63,433 nt of DNA. Origin: Chlorokybus atmophyticus. Taxonomy: Eukaryota > Plantae > Mesostigma and Chlorokybus algae. Where the stretch lies: the NCBI GenBank assembly GCA_009103225.1, contig RHPI01002368.1, positions 963,226 to 1,026,658 on the forward strand. Direction: 5' to 3'. Positions 35,695-48,687 of this stretch are shown here, piece after piece. The notes under the pieces were generated by a model. That model was not told the origin of the DNA, did no database searches, and saw nothing but the letters and a program-made list of their open reading frames with translations. The translations under genes were made by a program, and so were the position numbers. Position 1 is the stretch's first letter, and each line of letters begins with the position of its first letter.

Positions 35695-38600
35695 ATGGCG
35701 CCATCTTCTGCAGCCATACTCTCAGCCTTACTCCTCCTTTGCATAGCCACCCATGCGTCGGCCGAACCCTCCATAAGCGCAGGCCTGAAGGCCCTCCACG
35801 CCAGGTACAGCGCAGGCGGCCTGCAGCAGCGTGGAGGCGCGAACAATAAGATCGCAGCAGCACTGAGTTCACACGTGCGCGACGACATGGTGCGCGTCGC
35901 TGCAGGTACCACAGTGGTAGTACTTGCATGCAGCCTCCAAACCACCAAGACTGATGCTGTTGTTGCACGGTTTGCTTGGACATGGGCTTGTTTGGCCTGC
36001 TTTGCTCAATGCTGTTCTGCTAGTTTGATGTCTGGATGTGTGTGTATGTGTGTATGTGCAGCTGCTGTGGAAGGTTCAAACGCTGAGGACCTTAAGACCT
36101 GTTTGGCAAGTCTTGGTGGAGAGAAGCTCGCTTCTTACGAGCGCGTCGTTTCTGGCTGGGTGCCCGTGGATTCTATCAAAAAGGTGAGAGAGCAAACACA
36201 ACCTTAGCCAACCAAGCTTGTATGTGCCACCCCTCTCTGCAACTTGTGTCACACTCAACCCACACTCGACTCACCCCGTTTCCTATCTCTGGCAACAGCT
36301 GGACAAGTGCAAAACGCTGCACCTCATACACGAGAGTTTGGCCAACTTGAACCAGGTTGGCAACTAGATACTGTGTCTTGTGTGTGCGTAGGGTTCAATT
36401 GGATATGTGTAATGCCTGTACACGCCGACATCATGTCGTGTGTGTTTGGCAATATGCCGGCACTTTCGTTTACGTGCTTCCTTCAACACACACAGCAAAG
36501 CAGACAAGGCTCCCGTGCAATGTCCGCCTCGCTCAAACTGCAAGGCAGCTGGAGACGCCCGGTCAAAGTGGGCGTGATGTCCGACTCATTCAACGGGTTT
36601 GTGTTGGGTTGTGTTGGGTTGTGTTGGGTTGGGCCTCTTGCCTATGTGTGCCGATACACATGACGTGTCACTTGTTGAAACAGCCTCCGCGGATACAACG
36701 ACGACATAGCAGCGAACGCGCTACCAAAGGGTGTGCAGGTGTTGTCTGACTACGGTGAGTGACGCACGCACCCGCATACCCACATACCTACAGTCATGAT
36801 GCTACATGTTGGGCATGTTGGGCACGTACTCAACGTCGTGCAATACACACAGCTGATGGCAGTGATGAAGGCCGCGCCATGCTTCAACTCGTCCACGCCG
36901 TCTCCCCCGACGCCAACCTCGCCTTCCACACGACGCTAAACAGCGAGGCCGACTTCGCGGTTGGCATTCGCGCGTGAGTGCGTTGCTCGTTTTCTCATCA
37001 CACTTACACTCAGTTCGTGTGATGAGCCATGGAGTCCATGCGTAGTGTTGTTTACTAAACACACGGATGGGCAAAACTGCAGCTTGGCGGAAGCTGGATG
37101 TCGCGTGATAGTCGACGACGCTATTTACTTTTCCGAGCCCATGTTTCAGGTACATGTGAAACAAACCACATGTGTATATGTTTATATGAAGACACACGCA
37201 CACACATGATACCAGTGTTGTGTCGAGTCCGTCGCTATAGCTGACCAACACACGCTTACCCACGTGCAGAACGGGATTATCGCGCAAGCCGTCAACCACG
37301 TCCGTTCTCGTGGAGTGGCATACTTCTCTGCATCAGGTAAGCTTCAACCTCAACCACACTGCTGTGTGCACATCGATGTTGACAAGCTGGTTGTGTGTCG
37401 TTACACTAAATCGTTCAACTGCCGGCAGGCAACGGCGCGTTCGACTCTTACCACGGAGGTACGCGCGCTTTGATCACACGTCTTGTTGTTGTTGTTGTTG
37501 TTGTGTTGATTGTATGCCTATTATGTCCTGATGTTTGTGTGTGGCACCAGATTTTGTGGACAGTGGTGTTGCGGGTAACCTCCGCGGCAGCAAGCGTCAT
37601 CAGTTCGGCGTGCAAGGCTCGAAAAAGATCACCAGCCAGCGTTTCCTATTTGGCCCAGGCGTGACCATCATCGTCCTCAACTGGTAACACAACAACATAC
37701 ACACATGCACACCATGTTGAGACACACGTAAACACATCCACGTGGCAGGGACCAACCTTTCTACTCTGCGAGTGGTGGGGCGGGTTGCCGTTCGGACGTC
37801 AACATGTACGTCCACACCTCCAGAAGCAACGAGTCCGACGCGCTGTATGTGTTCTATCCCGCTACCACACCCAACATAGGTGGCGACGCCTACGAGCTGC
37901 TACTCGTTATCAACGAATCCTTTGAGGCCGTAGTGGCACCCATCACCATTGGTAAGTGGCAGCAACGTGTGCGTGTGCGCGTGCGTGTGCGCGTGCGAGT
38001 GTGCCCGAGCGTGTTGTGTGTCTGAGACTGACGCTTACAGATGTGTGTATGTGTGTGTGTCTGTCGCAGAGTGGGTGAAGGGAGTCAAGCCTGGCGTCCT
38101 CAAGTACGTCGTTTCCGCTGATGAGGTCTCTGGCCCTGAGGACTTCGTCACCAACTCTGCCACTTGCTACGGCCACGCATGTGCGGCGGGGAGCGTTGCC
38201 GTTGGCGCCGTTGATTATCGCGATGCACTGTACGTGTATTGATGATGCTGTCGTTACTGCTGTGGCTGTTACGAGGCAGAAGTGTGTTGATGTGTTTGCG
38301 CGTGTGCATTCAGGGCGTACACCGGGAAAACCTCTAAAAGAGAGCCTTACTCGTCTCCAGTCGGCACGCCGTTGCTGTTCTCGGGTAAGTGAGTTGCACA
38401 TGCAATAGCATTGAACACACAAGGCTTGCTGCCGCTGACTGCCACATCATGATAACCAACACGCCCACCCACTCCCTCCAACAGATGCCGGCAAACGCCT
38501 ACCAAAACAACAGCTGTTCAAGAATCTTATCATGGCACCCGATGGGGTGCGTTAGGTTGGGTTGAGTTGAGTTGTGTGAAGTGTATCAACTTGAATACAT

Positions 38601-39244
38601 GTTACTCACTCTCAGCTCACTACTTACTCTCAGCTCGACACCACTTTTTTCCCTCCCTTCGGCCGCGACACCAACCACGACAACCAGCCCGAGTTCCATG
38701 GCACGAGCGCGGCGGCTCCCAACGCGGCGGCCGTGACGGCGCTGCTGTTTGGGACGGCGCCACGTGGACTCACCGTGGAAGATGTGGTGGAGGCGATGTA
38801 CACAACCGCGGAGGACATGGTACGTGTGCGTGTACTTTACATGTGTTCGGTCGAGATGCTGGCGTGCTTCACGTGCGTGCGAGTGGACTGTTGACTGATC
38901 GTGATTGGTGTTTGCGCTGCGCGCGTGTTGCGTACATGTGTGTGGTTGGCTCCTGGCACACCCACCCACCCACCTACCCACTCACTTGGCCTCGTTACTG
39001 TTGTGCAGGATGATCCAAGGACCCCCCAGTTTGACCGCGGCTTCGATTACGCAACGGTGCGTGTTGTCCTCAACGATGCTTGCTCACACGCACACGGCTT
39101 GGTGTAGCGTTGACTGTTATGTCGGTCGGTCTATCAGTCAATGCTGACCCCAAAACCATGTGCTTGCTGCAGGGCTATGGCATGATCAACGCAACTCGTG
39201 CTGCCGAGAAGCTCAACGTGTTCACCTGCAAAGCCTCTGCATAG
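35695..39244 (+). CDS. Secreted S8/S53-clan subtilase, bacterial-type variant, paralog 2 (17 exons, about 600 aa)
   Basis: MAPSSAAILSALLLLCIATHASAEP signal peptide. Motifs: VKVGVMSDSFN, GSDEGRAMLQLVHAVSP, CRVIVDDAIYFSEPMFQNGIIAQAV, YFSASG|N, CYGHACAAGSVAVGAVDY, EFHGTSAAAPNAAAVTALL, GYGMINATRAAE. All 16 introns are GT-AG with frame preserved. TAG at 39242-39244. Confidence 0.88.
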
Positions 39245-39277
39245 AGCCTCTGGTCTTTAGGTGAGGGTTATGTTCCA

Positions 39278-39462
39278 GCCCTCCAGGCGCAAGCTTGATT
39301 CTTGAGGACAAGTGAACTATTCAATGGAAGTTCCTGTTACGTAGCGGTATCCATGTTCTAACTCTCCGGGCAAGCCTTGCCTTTGAAGGGTTTGAACTAC
39401 ACTCTGTTTATAGGACTGAATAATGTTACAGCCCTCTAGCAGCAAGCTTACCCCTGGAGGGT
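39278..39462. repeat. Three spaced degenerate palindromes 3' of subtilase paralog 2
   Basis: gccctccaggcgcaagcttgattcttgaggac (39278), aactctccgggcaagccttgcctttgaagggtt (39360), gccctctagcagcaagcttacccctggagggt (39431). Confidence 0.75.
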
Positions 39463-40999
39463 CAGAACTCAGGTGTACACGTTGCCATAGGCGACAAGCA
39501 ATAAACGCAAGACACCTTGTGTCATATGGCTTTCAAGTACTTGTAATTCTCTTGCTGATATGACCATCTGTGGCATTGCAAGTGCAGCATTTGATGACTG
39601 CAATCAACTAGTTATTAACTAGTGTAAGCACCACTGCTGACAGCAAGCTATACCTGCAGCTGTGTTGCACACAATATTGGCATCCCAGCAGTGTAGTGCA
39701 ATGTGTGGGTTAGATCGTGCACGTGTGAAGGGGGGGGGGGGGGGGGGGGGGGGGGGGGGNNNNNNNNNNNNNNNNNNNNNNNNNNNNNNNNNNNNNNNNN
39801 NNNNNNNNNNNNNNNNNNNNNNNNNNNNNNNNNNNNNNNNNNNNNNNNNNNNNNNNNNNNNNNNNNNNNNNNNGGAGGGGGGAATCCGTTTGCATGGGTT
39901 AACCCAAGCATGCGTGTATGTGTTGCATCTTCTTCCCCCTGCCTCTCCCCAGGAGGGGGGAGGAGGAAGATTTGACAATCAATTCCAGTGAGCTTATCCC
40001 AATATGCATGCATAAGACAGCATCATGCTGTCCTATGCATGCATATTGGGATGATTCAATCGTTGGCAAAGCAAAGTCCGCTCTGGCCTAGCCTAATAAG
40101 AGGCATTGACTCGTTTGGAGCAACAGCATTTTACAGCAACGTGCATACATGCATGAAAACATGCATACTACAATCTTGATGTGTGATCATGGTAATGATG
40201 AGCATGTGCAGTGGTGAACACCACTGGACATTGCAGATGCGGCACCCTACATCGACCTTAACCCACGTGACCTTGAATACGCACACGTCAGTGAGCATAG
40301 TGTAGTTACCGCAATCCTACAGCAAGGTTTGGTTGATTGGTTGACATCTTAATGCGGCGCACTTAATACAAAACTGCATCTGTTCTTACTTCAGGAATGC
40401 ACCTGCTATGGACAATTGTCTTGCTCTACCTGGAAACAGCGAGACGATTATCAATGGCAGCATCATTTTGCTATTGTATTAATATATAATTAATAACCTC
40501 CTACATGTTCTTAAAATTAAAAGTGAGTACGCTAAAGCTATAGCTACCACATAACTCATATAAGAGTTGCTGTGAAGCAAACTCCTAGGATGTTGTATGC
40601 AAGCACGCAAGCAATCAACAAGTAGCACGCAAGTCGCATAGACAAAGGGGGAGCCAAGAGGCAGAGCCTTACACAACCAACAAGACAACTATCAAGACAC
40701 TAGGACACTAGGACTTACCAAGTCCTAATAGACCCTCAAGCAGCAACGTTGGGTAGGGGTAGGGGTAGGCATCCGATTGAGTCAACCGATGCAAAGTGTA
40801 GCAACTTGCTACACTTTGAATGGGTGCGTGCTTGCAGGTCACTTGCAAGCACGCAGAGGAGAGGCACAGGGAGAGCTCTGGCCATGGATGGAGAGCTCAA
40901 GGCAAGCACGCAGACGACGCAGACGTTGCAGACAACGACAGCTGAGCTGCAATTGCTTGGGCCCCAGCGCCCGCAACTCACAGGCGCTATCATATGACA

Positions 41000-43900
41000 C
41001 AATAGTCTCCTAAATCGGTTTCAAGCGCAATGTATGCTCCTTCTGGCCCGCGCAACCTGCAATGCTTGCTTGCGTTTGCGCAGGGCGGGGGGGGAAGGGG
41101 GGGGGGGCGAGGGGGCGGTGCGCTTGGATGAGCCCTCGCTGTTGTTAGGCAATTTGGATGGAGTGGCCGCAAGTGAGTATTGGGACTCGACTTTGAGTGG
41201 ACCATCGCCGGGTCGTGACTGCAACCTTGTAAATTTGCTGAATGACATAAATGATTGCTCCCCCACTGCATGTTATGACCTAGCCTCCGCCCTTGACCAC
41301 AGGGTTCTGACTCACTACACTAGGGCGTCACCTACATATATATACTGCAACTCCGCTCCATTATTTATAGGTTAATTACGTTGCCGACCTTTGTGCATTA
41401 CACCGTGGGAGATGCTGATTCTGCATTGTCAGACCACTGATATGTTTATGCTACAATAAGCATTACGGTTGCAGCGGATGCTATTACCGGTATGCCGGCT
41501 GCTCCAGCTCTTGAGCCACATCCCAAATTGCATTGGGATAAATACCTCGCATGTTGCCACAGTGCACGCCTTTATTTGACATGTTTCGCGACACACTTTG
41601 CGCTTGGCGGAATGAGTATAGCAAAACTCGCAATGAATTAGAGCAAGAGTTTCAGGCGCGCCGTGCTCAGCGCATTGCGCGAGCGCCTATTTAGTCGTTG
41701 TCGCATGCGACTGCCTTTACGTTACACCCGTTGTACATTGCCTAATGTGATGCGCCATCGTGATGATGATGCACGTATTATTACGGACGCCGACTGACGT
41801 CCAGCCGCGCGCTGATTGCGAGGGTCACACCTACTAAACTGCGAGAGTTTCTTGACCGTGTGCACGGCTCGGCTCCAGGTGCTGACGGGGTGCATTACTC
41901 GACAAAAAAGAGATGTTGTACGACCCTTCAAGCAGCATTTGGGTCTGGACAGGTACCTGTTGTTGTTGCTCGACTCGATCATGCTGAATAAATCCGTCCC
42001 AACCGCTTTGAAGCATGCCAACGTGTGTTCTATTTATAAGTAATCGGACCCACTGCTGCACTCGATTTCTCAAGGCAATTGTTTGCTAGCTTGTCTATAT
42101 AAAACTTCTACTGGCATCTTGATTGCCCGTCACCTCTACCGTCATGCCGGTAGCCTTGTCGACAGAGCAAAGCGCCTGCCGCCCAGATGGCGGCCACCTG
42201 TGTGGCTCTTTTAACATAAACTATTCTCGAACTCGACACCCACAAAGTCCCCATTATACCTAACTTTAACGGACTCTGAGAATGCGTTTCCGTCCACGCT
42301 ATTTCATGTCTTTCGGGATGCGGTGTAGTGCTTTGGGCTGGGTGATGACTTTACCCAGCTTTTACTAGATATGCAGTCGGACTTTATAATCACCACGCTG
42401 ACGCCAGCGGGTGTTGGTGACCCCTAAAAAAAGGTGGGCGGCACTCACAAAGGCTGCCCGGCTAGCCCAATTTTTTGTATGGTCATTGATATGTTCTTAC
42501 ATTGGTTGAAAATTCAAAATCTGGGCGCTACGACCGCGGCGACGGCTGCGCGGCTCGAGCATTAAAACACCCCGCCGCTGGTGCGCGCCCTATTGCACAC
42601 GCAGCTATGCTCTGCCCTAATGTACATGGATGATGTTGTGCTGCTGGCGGCCTCGCTTGACGATGCTTAGCGTTAGATGGACATGCTGGCACGCTTCCTG
42701 TCGTACTACGGCATATGCGGGTCAATGTGCGTAAAAGCGCCCACTATCTCGACCCCAGCCATCCAATATATGCGGGGGTCTACACCCATTGCTACCCCCT
42801 GGGCGCTAATTGTTCCGTCTCATGCCTCGCGCTCGTACAAGTAATTGGGCTTTCAAACTAATATGCACCCAAATTGAACGGACTAGTTTGATTGCCTTTT
42901 GGCATTGCTCCGTGACTCGCGGAGCGATGAGGGCCTCGCACGCGGACGTCAAGGCCCCCTTGATGGAGAGTGAAGCTGTGTCATATGTTAACAGTGACCT
43001 CTATTCTAAAGCAACCTACATCGCACAATCAGCCCCTTTCACGCGTACTCAGCTGCGTAAACTGCATTCTACTTTGGCGGGTGTTGCGAAAACAACGGTC
43101 AAACTGAATTATCAAATGGTGCACTCGTCGATGCTAATGGCGGCGTGGTTACGGCGCATTGAGTTGGAAGCGCCACCTTTTCGTGCGCGGTTTATGCTGA
43201 GCGCGCTTTACTCACATGATCCTCTGTGCCAGCGATCGATGCAAGCTGTGTACGTCTCATTGCTGTCACAGACCCATTCGACCATAAAAGACTTGGTGCT
43301 TTTATGGTCGATATGTGGTTACTTAATGTACCTTCCCGTTACATTCCCCCCCACTTAAGAAACGCTGATGTCCTCGGCAGCTGCCCACGCTCAGCTTGCG
43401 AAGCATCCCAGGGGTTTCTTAGGGTTGGTCACTGGCCCCAATGGCAAGGACCGGCCAGTTTGGGCCCATACAAGTCAACGCGCGCATAGTGCGCCGCTGC
43501 CGGACCCACATGTCGCATCGCGACAAGCAGGTTGCGTCCTGCCTTGCCGATTGAACGTCGGCGCGTCCGCTATCAAGCAAGTCGCGATTCATCGATGCTG
43601 GCACTTATGAAGTGACCATTTACAATGTTACTGCATCGAGAAACAACAACCGCAAAACTCGTGTGCAAGGCAGGAATTGAACCCGGGTCTCAAGCTCCGA
43701 TGATCAATGTCACATGCCACTCGACCATTAAAGACTTGGTGCTATTATGGTCGATTTGTGGTTACTACCTTGCCATTACAGTTGCGTACCTTCCCGTTAC
43801 AGTTGCGCTCGCATCTGCGGGGTGAAGACCTATTCTCGCCTATTGGTGTTCGCATGTCTTGCCCCCGATACTCCATGGCTTGAAGCCGGTGTTGCAAGCA

Positions 43901-45654
43901 CTATCTGACATTGCCTCTTTGCGTGTGATTAGCAACTCGCTGTATGACACTGCAGCCCCGTTTTTGCGCTCGGTTCAGCACATTTTTGTGCCATTTATGA
44001 TAGACTGTTTCAGTCTACTGCAGAGGTACACGGCAAAGCACATTCAACATGTGCGTCGTATCGTACTCCGCTCATATGAATCGTCCATGGCATCGCTCTC
44101 ACCTATTTTCCGCTTGCATCCGGACACGCAGGTGGAGAACTTGTGCTACCTGCCACTCAACTTCAACAGTGATCCGCTGAAAGTGGTGCGTCAGTCTCGC
44201 TTGGCGATCCTGGTGCCGGCTTTGCCACTGCCTTTAAAGCGCATGCCGCGCATGGTCTTGCGTCATGCTGTTGCCTTGTTAAGTACATGCGATAAACCCC
44301 TCAGCTTGCGGTGCAGTCCTCAGTAGCTTATGGCACTATGCCGGTCCTGCCTGCCTCGGTGGCGCATTACTTGAATGTTTACACAAATGGCTCTCGCGTC
44401 GGTTGTGGAGACGCTGCGCATGCCGCTTATGCGGTGGTCGTGCCTGCATTGAATTGAATTGTGACGGGGCTTTTTACGGGCCCTCACACTAGCTTCGCTG
44501 CTGAAGTATACGCCATGTTGTGCCTGCTGTTGTTGGCGCCATTGATGTCGATATTACGCACTTACACTAACTCGCCGAGCGGTGACTGCAATCGCTAGGC
44601 TGTGCCGCGCGATTGCTGACAGCCATTAAGTTAGTGACGCATTTGGCGAAGCAGCGACAGTTGCTGCCAGCGATTGCCACAGCGCGTGCCCGTTGTCTAG
44701 ATGCGGTTCAAGGGCATTGAGTGCGCGCACACATTGATGACACGCGCTTGTCTAATGATGTTACGGTACCCACCTCCGATGAGGTGCATTGCAAGTACAA
44801 CCGTCTAGCAGACGGGGCAGCGCAGGCGGCGATTCACATGTCAGCTCCACCTGTTGCGCTTGTTGTCGTGAGCACTTGTAACTCCTTTCTGTCGACGGCT
44901 GCGGTTGGGGGTGCGCCGCCTACTCCAGTGGCGCATTCGGTGCTGCGCGTTGTCGTATTGGCCACGCGTCCGTTTTCAAGGTGAGATCTTGTCGTCTACG
45001 CACATTGCAATAGTTGACACAGGACAATTGTGGCCGGATCCACTATTGCGAGTATTGCCGGTTGTGACAACACCGCACAAATCGTTAGTGCTAAAGGCGT
45101 GGTCGGGGCCTACGATGCATTGTCAGCACTCAGTGACGCCATCCAAGTACCCGGCGCCCTGGTGCCGAGCGTGTCAGAAGCATTTGGAGTCCCGCCATCG
45201 TGTTTCTGATGCATGTTCGGCGTACGCGCGTTTTTGCGCGGCGCTTTTGGCAGCAATTGCGAATGTAATTGACACGGTGCGCCTCGACGTGCCAGCGCAC
45301 ATTTTTATGGCCGTTACGCAACCCCTGGAGGGTCAGCCGACATACTTTGAGTTGTTACCGCTAAGCTTTCGACACTGGTTATCGACACAGGCGCTGACAG
45401 ATACCCGTCGCGCAATCCTGGCTACTAAGGTTGTTTGCGCAGTGGTGCTATGGATGTCGCACACTCGCAAGGCCCGCGGCACTATGGTCAAGCAGCGCCG
45501 CTTGTTGTGGCATAATCGCTGTCGTGTGGCTGTCGAGGTCGAGCGACAAAACGTTCCACTTCAGATTGTGTGGGCTCAGCACGAGGAGCGATTGCCCCAG
45601 TTGTGGTTGCCCCTACCGATGCCGAACCGCTCTCACGAAGGCGCACGCCCTTAG
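41000..45654 (+). mobile_element. Degenerate LINE (APE endonuclease, RT, RNase H, C-terminal Cys/His motif)
   Basis: APE-like LLLGNLD (~41140) and LSDH (~41427). RT motifs APGADG, CLYKTSTGILIAR, KGCPASP (~42446) and YMDD (42623). RNase H-like VYTNGS (~44377), AAEVYA and NRLADGAA (~44800). CRACQ..H...C in ORF 44905-45654. Many stops and frameshifts; the start is approximate. Confidence 0.8.
43264..43801 (-). mobile_element. TRIM-like non-autonomous LTR element, copy B (nested in the LINE)
   Basis: Reverse-complement homolog of 23107-23624, with both ~80-bp LTRs, PBS-like TTGATCATCGGAGC and PPT AAGTGGGGGGGAA. Flanks are ATTGC / GTTGC (5-bp TSD with one mismatch). The 5' LTR start carries a short duplication. 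Confidence 0.88.
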
Positions 45655-45723
45655 TTGTGCTCTCGTCTTTTCATCTTAGCTAACGAGGCTATGGGCTTAT
45701 TTTAGCTTGCAGTTTTGGCCCTA

Positions 45724-45903
45724 ACTGTACGGCTTCGCTTGATCAGCTAAGGATGTAGCGGAGTACTTAATAAACACGAAAGTTTCCTGAATCGGGGCTG
45801 TTGGCTTATGTGAGTTTGCAATCTTGGCCCCAAGTGTACGGCTCCGCTTGATCAGCCAAGGATGTAGTGGAGAACTTAATACAAAAGAACGTCTGCTGAA
45901 TCG
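45724..45903. repeat. Two-copy ~110-bp tandem repeat at the 3' end of the LINE
   Basis: tgtacggct(t/c)cgcttgatcagc(t/c)aaggatgtag(c/t)ggag..cttaata...ctgaatcgg occurs twice. Confidence 0.85.
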
Positions 45904-47399
45904 GTTTTGGGCAGCGCGTACGGCAAGTAACTGCATGGTGTTTTTACGCATTTACATAAGCAACTAGATGTTAGGTCACTGTGACGGTGACCGACGGTAA
46001 CTCACCGCGCCGTGGTCGGCTGCACAGGTAATATAGTAACATATTTGTGCACATGTGCATGGTAGTACCATGCACATGTGAAGATGATTGATGATTGAAG
46101 CTGGCACTAACGAGGGCAGTGTAAAGGTGCGCAAGATGGGATATATACGTTACTTCTTGTGCCCTATGCACTTAAGGCACCAGCAGTGGCTGCTATAAAA
46201 AGCTACTCTAAAACGTGACAGTCGGGCTGTCATAAAACAAAATGTGGTTACAAAAACGCATTAATCGTGTATTTATAATGACCTTCAGCCCTCAGTCTTG
46301 GGGTATTGCAACGATGAGGCCTTAACCAAGGTTTAACAGCAAGATTAGTTACCCCAGATGGCAGCAATTATGTGAAAATATAAATGTGCAACTTGCACAT
46401 ACTTTTTACAACATAAGGCTCTGGAACCATGCATATGTAACTGTTGCGGAACCAGCCAATGATGTGAAGGTGTTGATGACAACACGGAGTTAGCGGGCTA
46501 GATTGAATAGAGGTGATGCCAGTAGCTCGAGATGAAGATTTGATGTAGGCGTACACGAGGAGGCTAAGCTCTCCTTGACACTAGCCTGACAACATGTGCA
46601 GATGCCATTGCCAAGAACTAGTAGGTGCATTCAACCAAAGCAACCTCCACACTAGTTGCATGTATCTACTAGCTTCCATAATATATGCATAAGTAAACTG
46701 GGGACGACCCATGTTAGGTTTGAATAGGTTGTTATGTTTAAGCAGCTTAATATAGAGGAAGCGGCAGGGCCACCTACACTTGCAGGGTGCGCGTGCACCT
46801 CACCAACTACAAGACCTCCGCTAGTAGTAGTCTTACCTGCCCTAGGCTAAGTATAATGCCTAATTAACAACACGGGGAGACCAACTTCTGTAGCCTTCTA
46901 GAAGGCGATGGCCTCCTTCGCCTCCTCCGCCTCCCGAGCCTCCCTGGCCCGCTGGGCAGCCAGCGCCTCCAGGCGCTGCTGCCGCCCTAGGGGCTCTGCA
47001 CTACCGCTGCCTCGACGACATTCTCCCCATTGTGCCTTGATTGTAGTTTGCAGATACACACAACCACTCGTGACACCGTGGACAAGGCTGTCTACGATGA
47101 CGCCACCACGTGCATGCAGACCAAGGCAACATTGCCTTAAAACGCCCCCCACCTCAGTTATGGAAGACAGCACTCAAACCGGATCTAAACCGTGATTAAC
47201 CGCGGTCATCATTGACGACACTGAAGCCTCGCAAGTTTTCCACGCAAACCGACTACCCGGATACGAGAAGACGAACAGTTACGGCAGTTACAATTGCCGT
47301 GCCGTAAACAATAGTCGACGTACCTTGCTAGCATTCTCAACTAATTAATTGGTAATGCAAGTCCTTTCCTTGCCCTTCAAGAGACCTTTTTGATAAACG

Positions 47400-48687
47400 T
47401 TGTTAATTGATATATATTGAGATTTGGACACTACTGATCATGCATGGAGTTGGTGCAAGCACAAGCACACACACTCTACCTGAGCATACACACAAGGCTG
47501 ATCCAAAAGGCTTTTTAAGGATTACAACAAAGTCACACCGCGGGCTTTTATACCCGCCAGTTCTGCACCTGTCTACTTTAGAATTCACCACGACTTTTAC
47601 ACCCAACCGATTCCAACGCTTTAATTTGCAATGGTTACTTTTATGTTGAGGCTTGGACCTTACAAGAGCTTTACCTGTCATCAAAAGAGGTTATTGCTAC
47701 ATCCTAGTGATGATCAAACATTTTAGCAAGTGGGTGGAGGTTAAACCACCTGTGAACAAAAACAGTGACACCATCATAGAGACTTTCCTCAACCAAGTGT
47801 TGAGCATATTTGGTGGGTGTGCAGAGGTACTGACAGGTCAAGGCACGGAGTTTCGGGGCAAGTTTGATGACTTGCTACACGATTGCTTCATTGATCATCG
47901 CTGTACGCACCGCAAACATCCCCAAGCTGATAGATTCACCGAGAAGATAGTGCAGACTGTGAAGGGTGGGTTGCAGATTTTGCCGCAGTCATGATTAGAG
48001 CAATTGGGGACATCCCGCTGCCTTGAATTTTAATGGGATACAGACTCATTCGACAGGCTGCCAGGGAGGCATACAAGCCATATTTTCTGCCGTATGGCCG
48101 CCATCCACAGCTGCCAGCTTCTATTGGAAAGCCAGTGGAAGCAGTTGTGGATTTACAAGATGAGCAGAGCTTTCAAGTCAAGGAGCTCACCACCAGGGCT
48201 GAGCTATTTAGATACGTCATGCCTATTGCAATGGACAATCTGGTCATTGCACAGCATAGAGATACTCAGCGATACGCTTGAGTGCGCAGCGCATTTCACA
48301 AGCCCGGCATGCAGAAGTTTAAGGTAAGAGATTATATCTACCTACAGAAGCAAACTAAGAACACGCTGAACACCAGTGCCAGCAACATCAATTTGAAAGT
48401 GAGAGGTGCGGAGCAACGGCGTCCTGCTACTTGAGGGCAGAGATGCAAAATCGTGCACCGAGCAGTTGAAGAATTGCGCGCTGTGTCATTTACCCAACCG
48501 TAATGGAACCGTAGATCTCCAGACTGCTGTCCCTGATGCCAGCCAGAGATGCGAGGGCTGCGCACGTGCAGACGGGGAAGCAAAAATGCTGGTATGTGAC
48601 CGCTGTGTGGCCGGATGGCACGTATGGTGTTTGTCACTGCCGTTGAGCGAAGTACCTGAAGGGGACTGGATGTGTGAAGCCTGCTAG
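47400..48687 (+). mobile_element. Ty3/Gypsy integrase remnant with C-terminal PHD finger
   Basis: rve-type GLDLTRALP..YILVMIKHFSKWVEV..FGGCAEVLTGQGTEF..HPQAD..EKIVQTVK. It is followed by CEGC...MLVCDRCVAGWHVWCLSLPLSEVPEGDWMCEAC* (C4HC3). Confidence 0.88.

Noticed and set aside
4958-39873. Long ORFs spanning N runs, and poly-G/poly-C tracts at gap edges (4958-5583, 9391-9605, 25228-25707, 39760-39873)
   Set aside because: These are assembly gaps, typically breaking at G/C homopolymers. They are not evidence of coding sequence or G-quadruplex biology.
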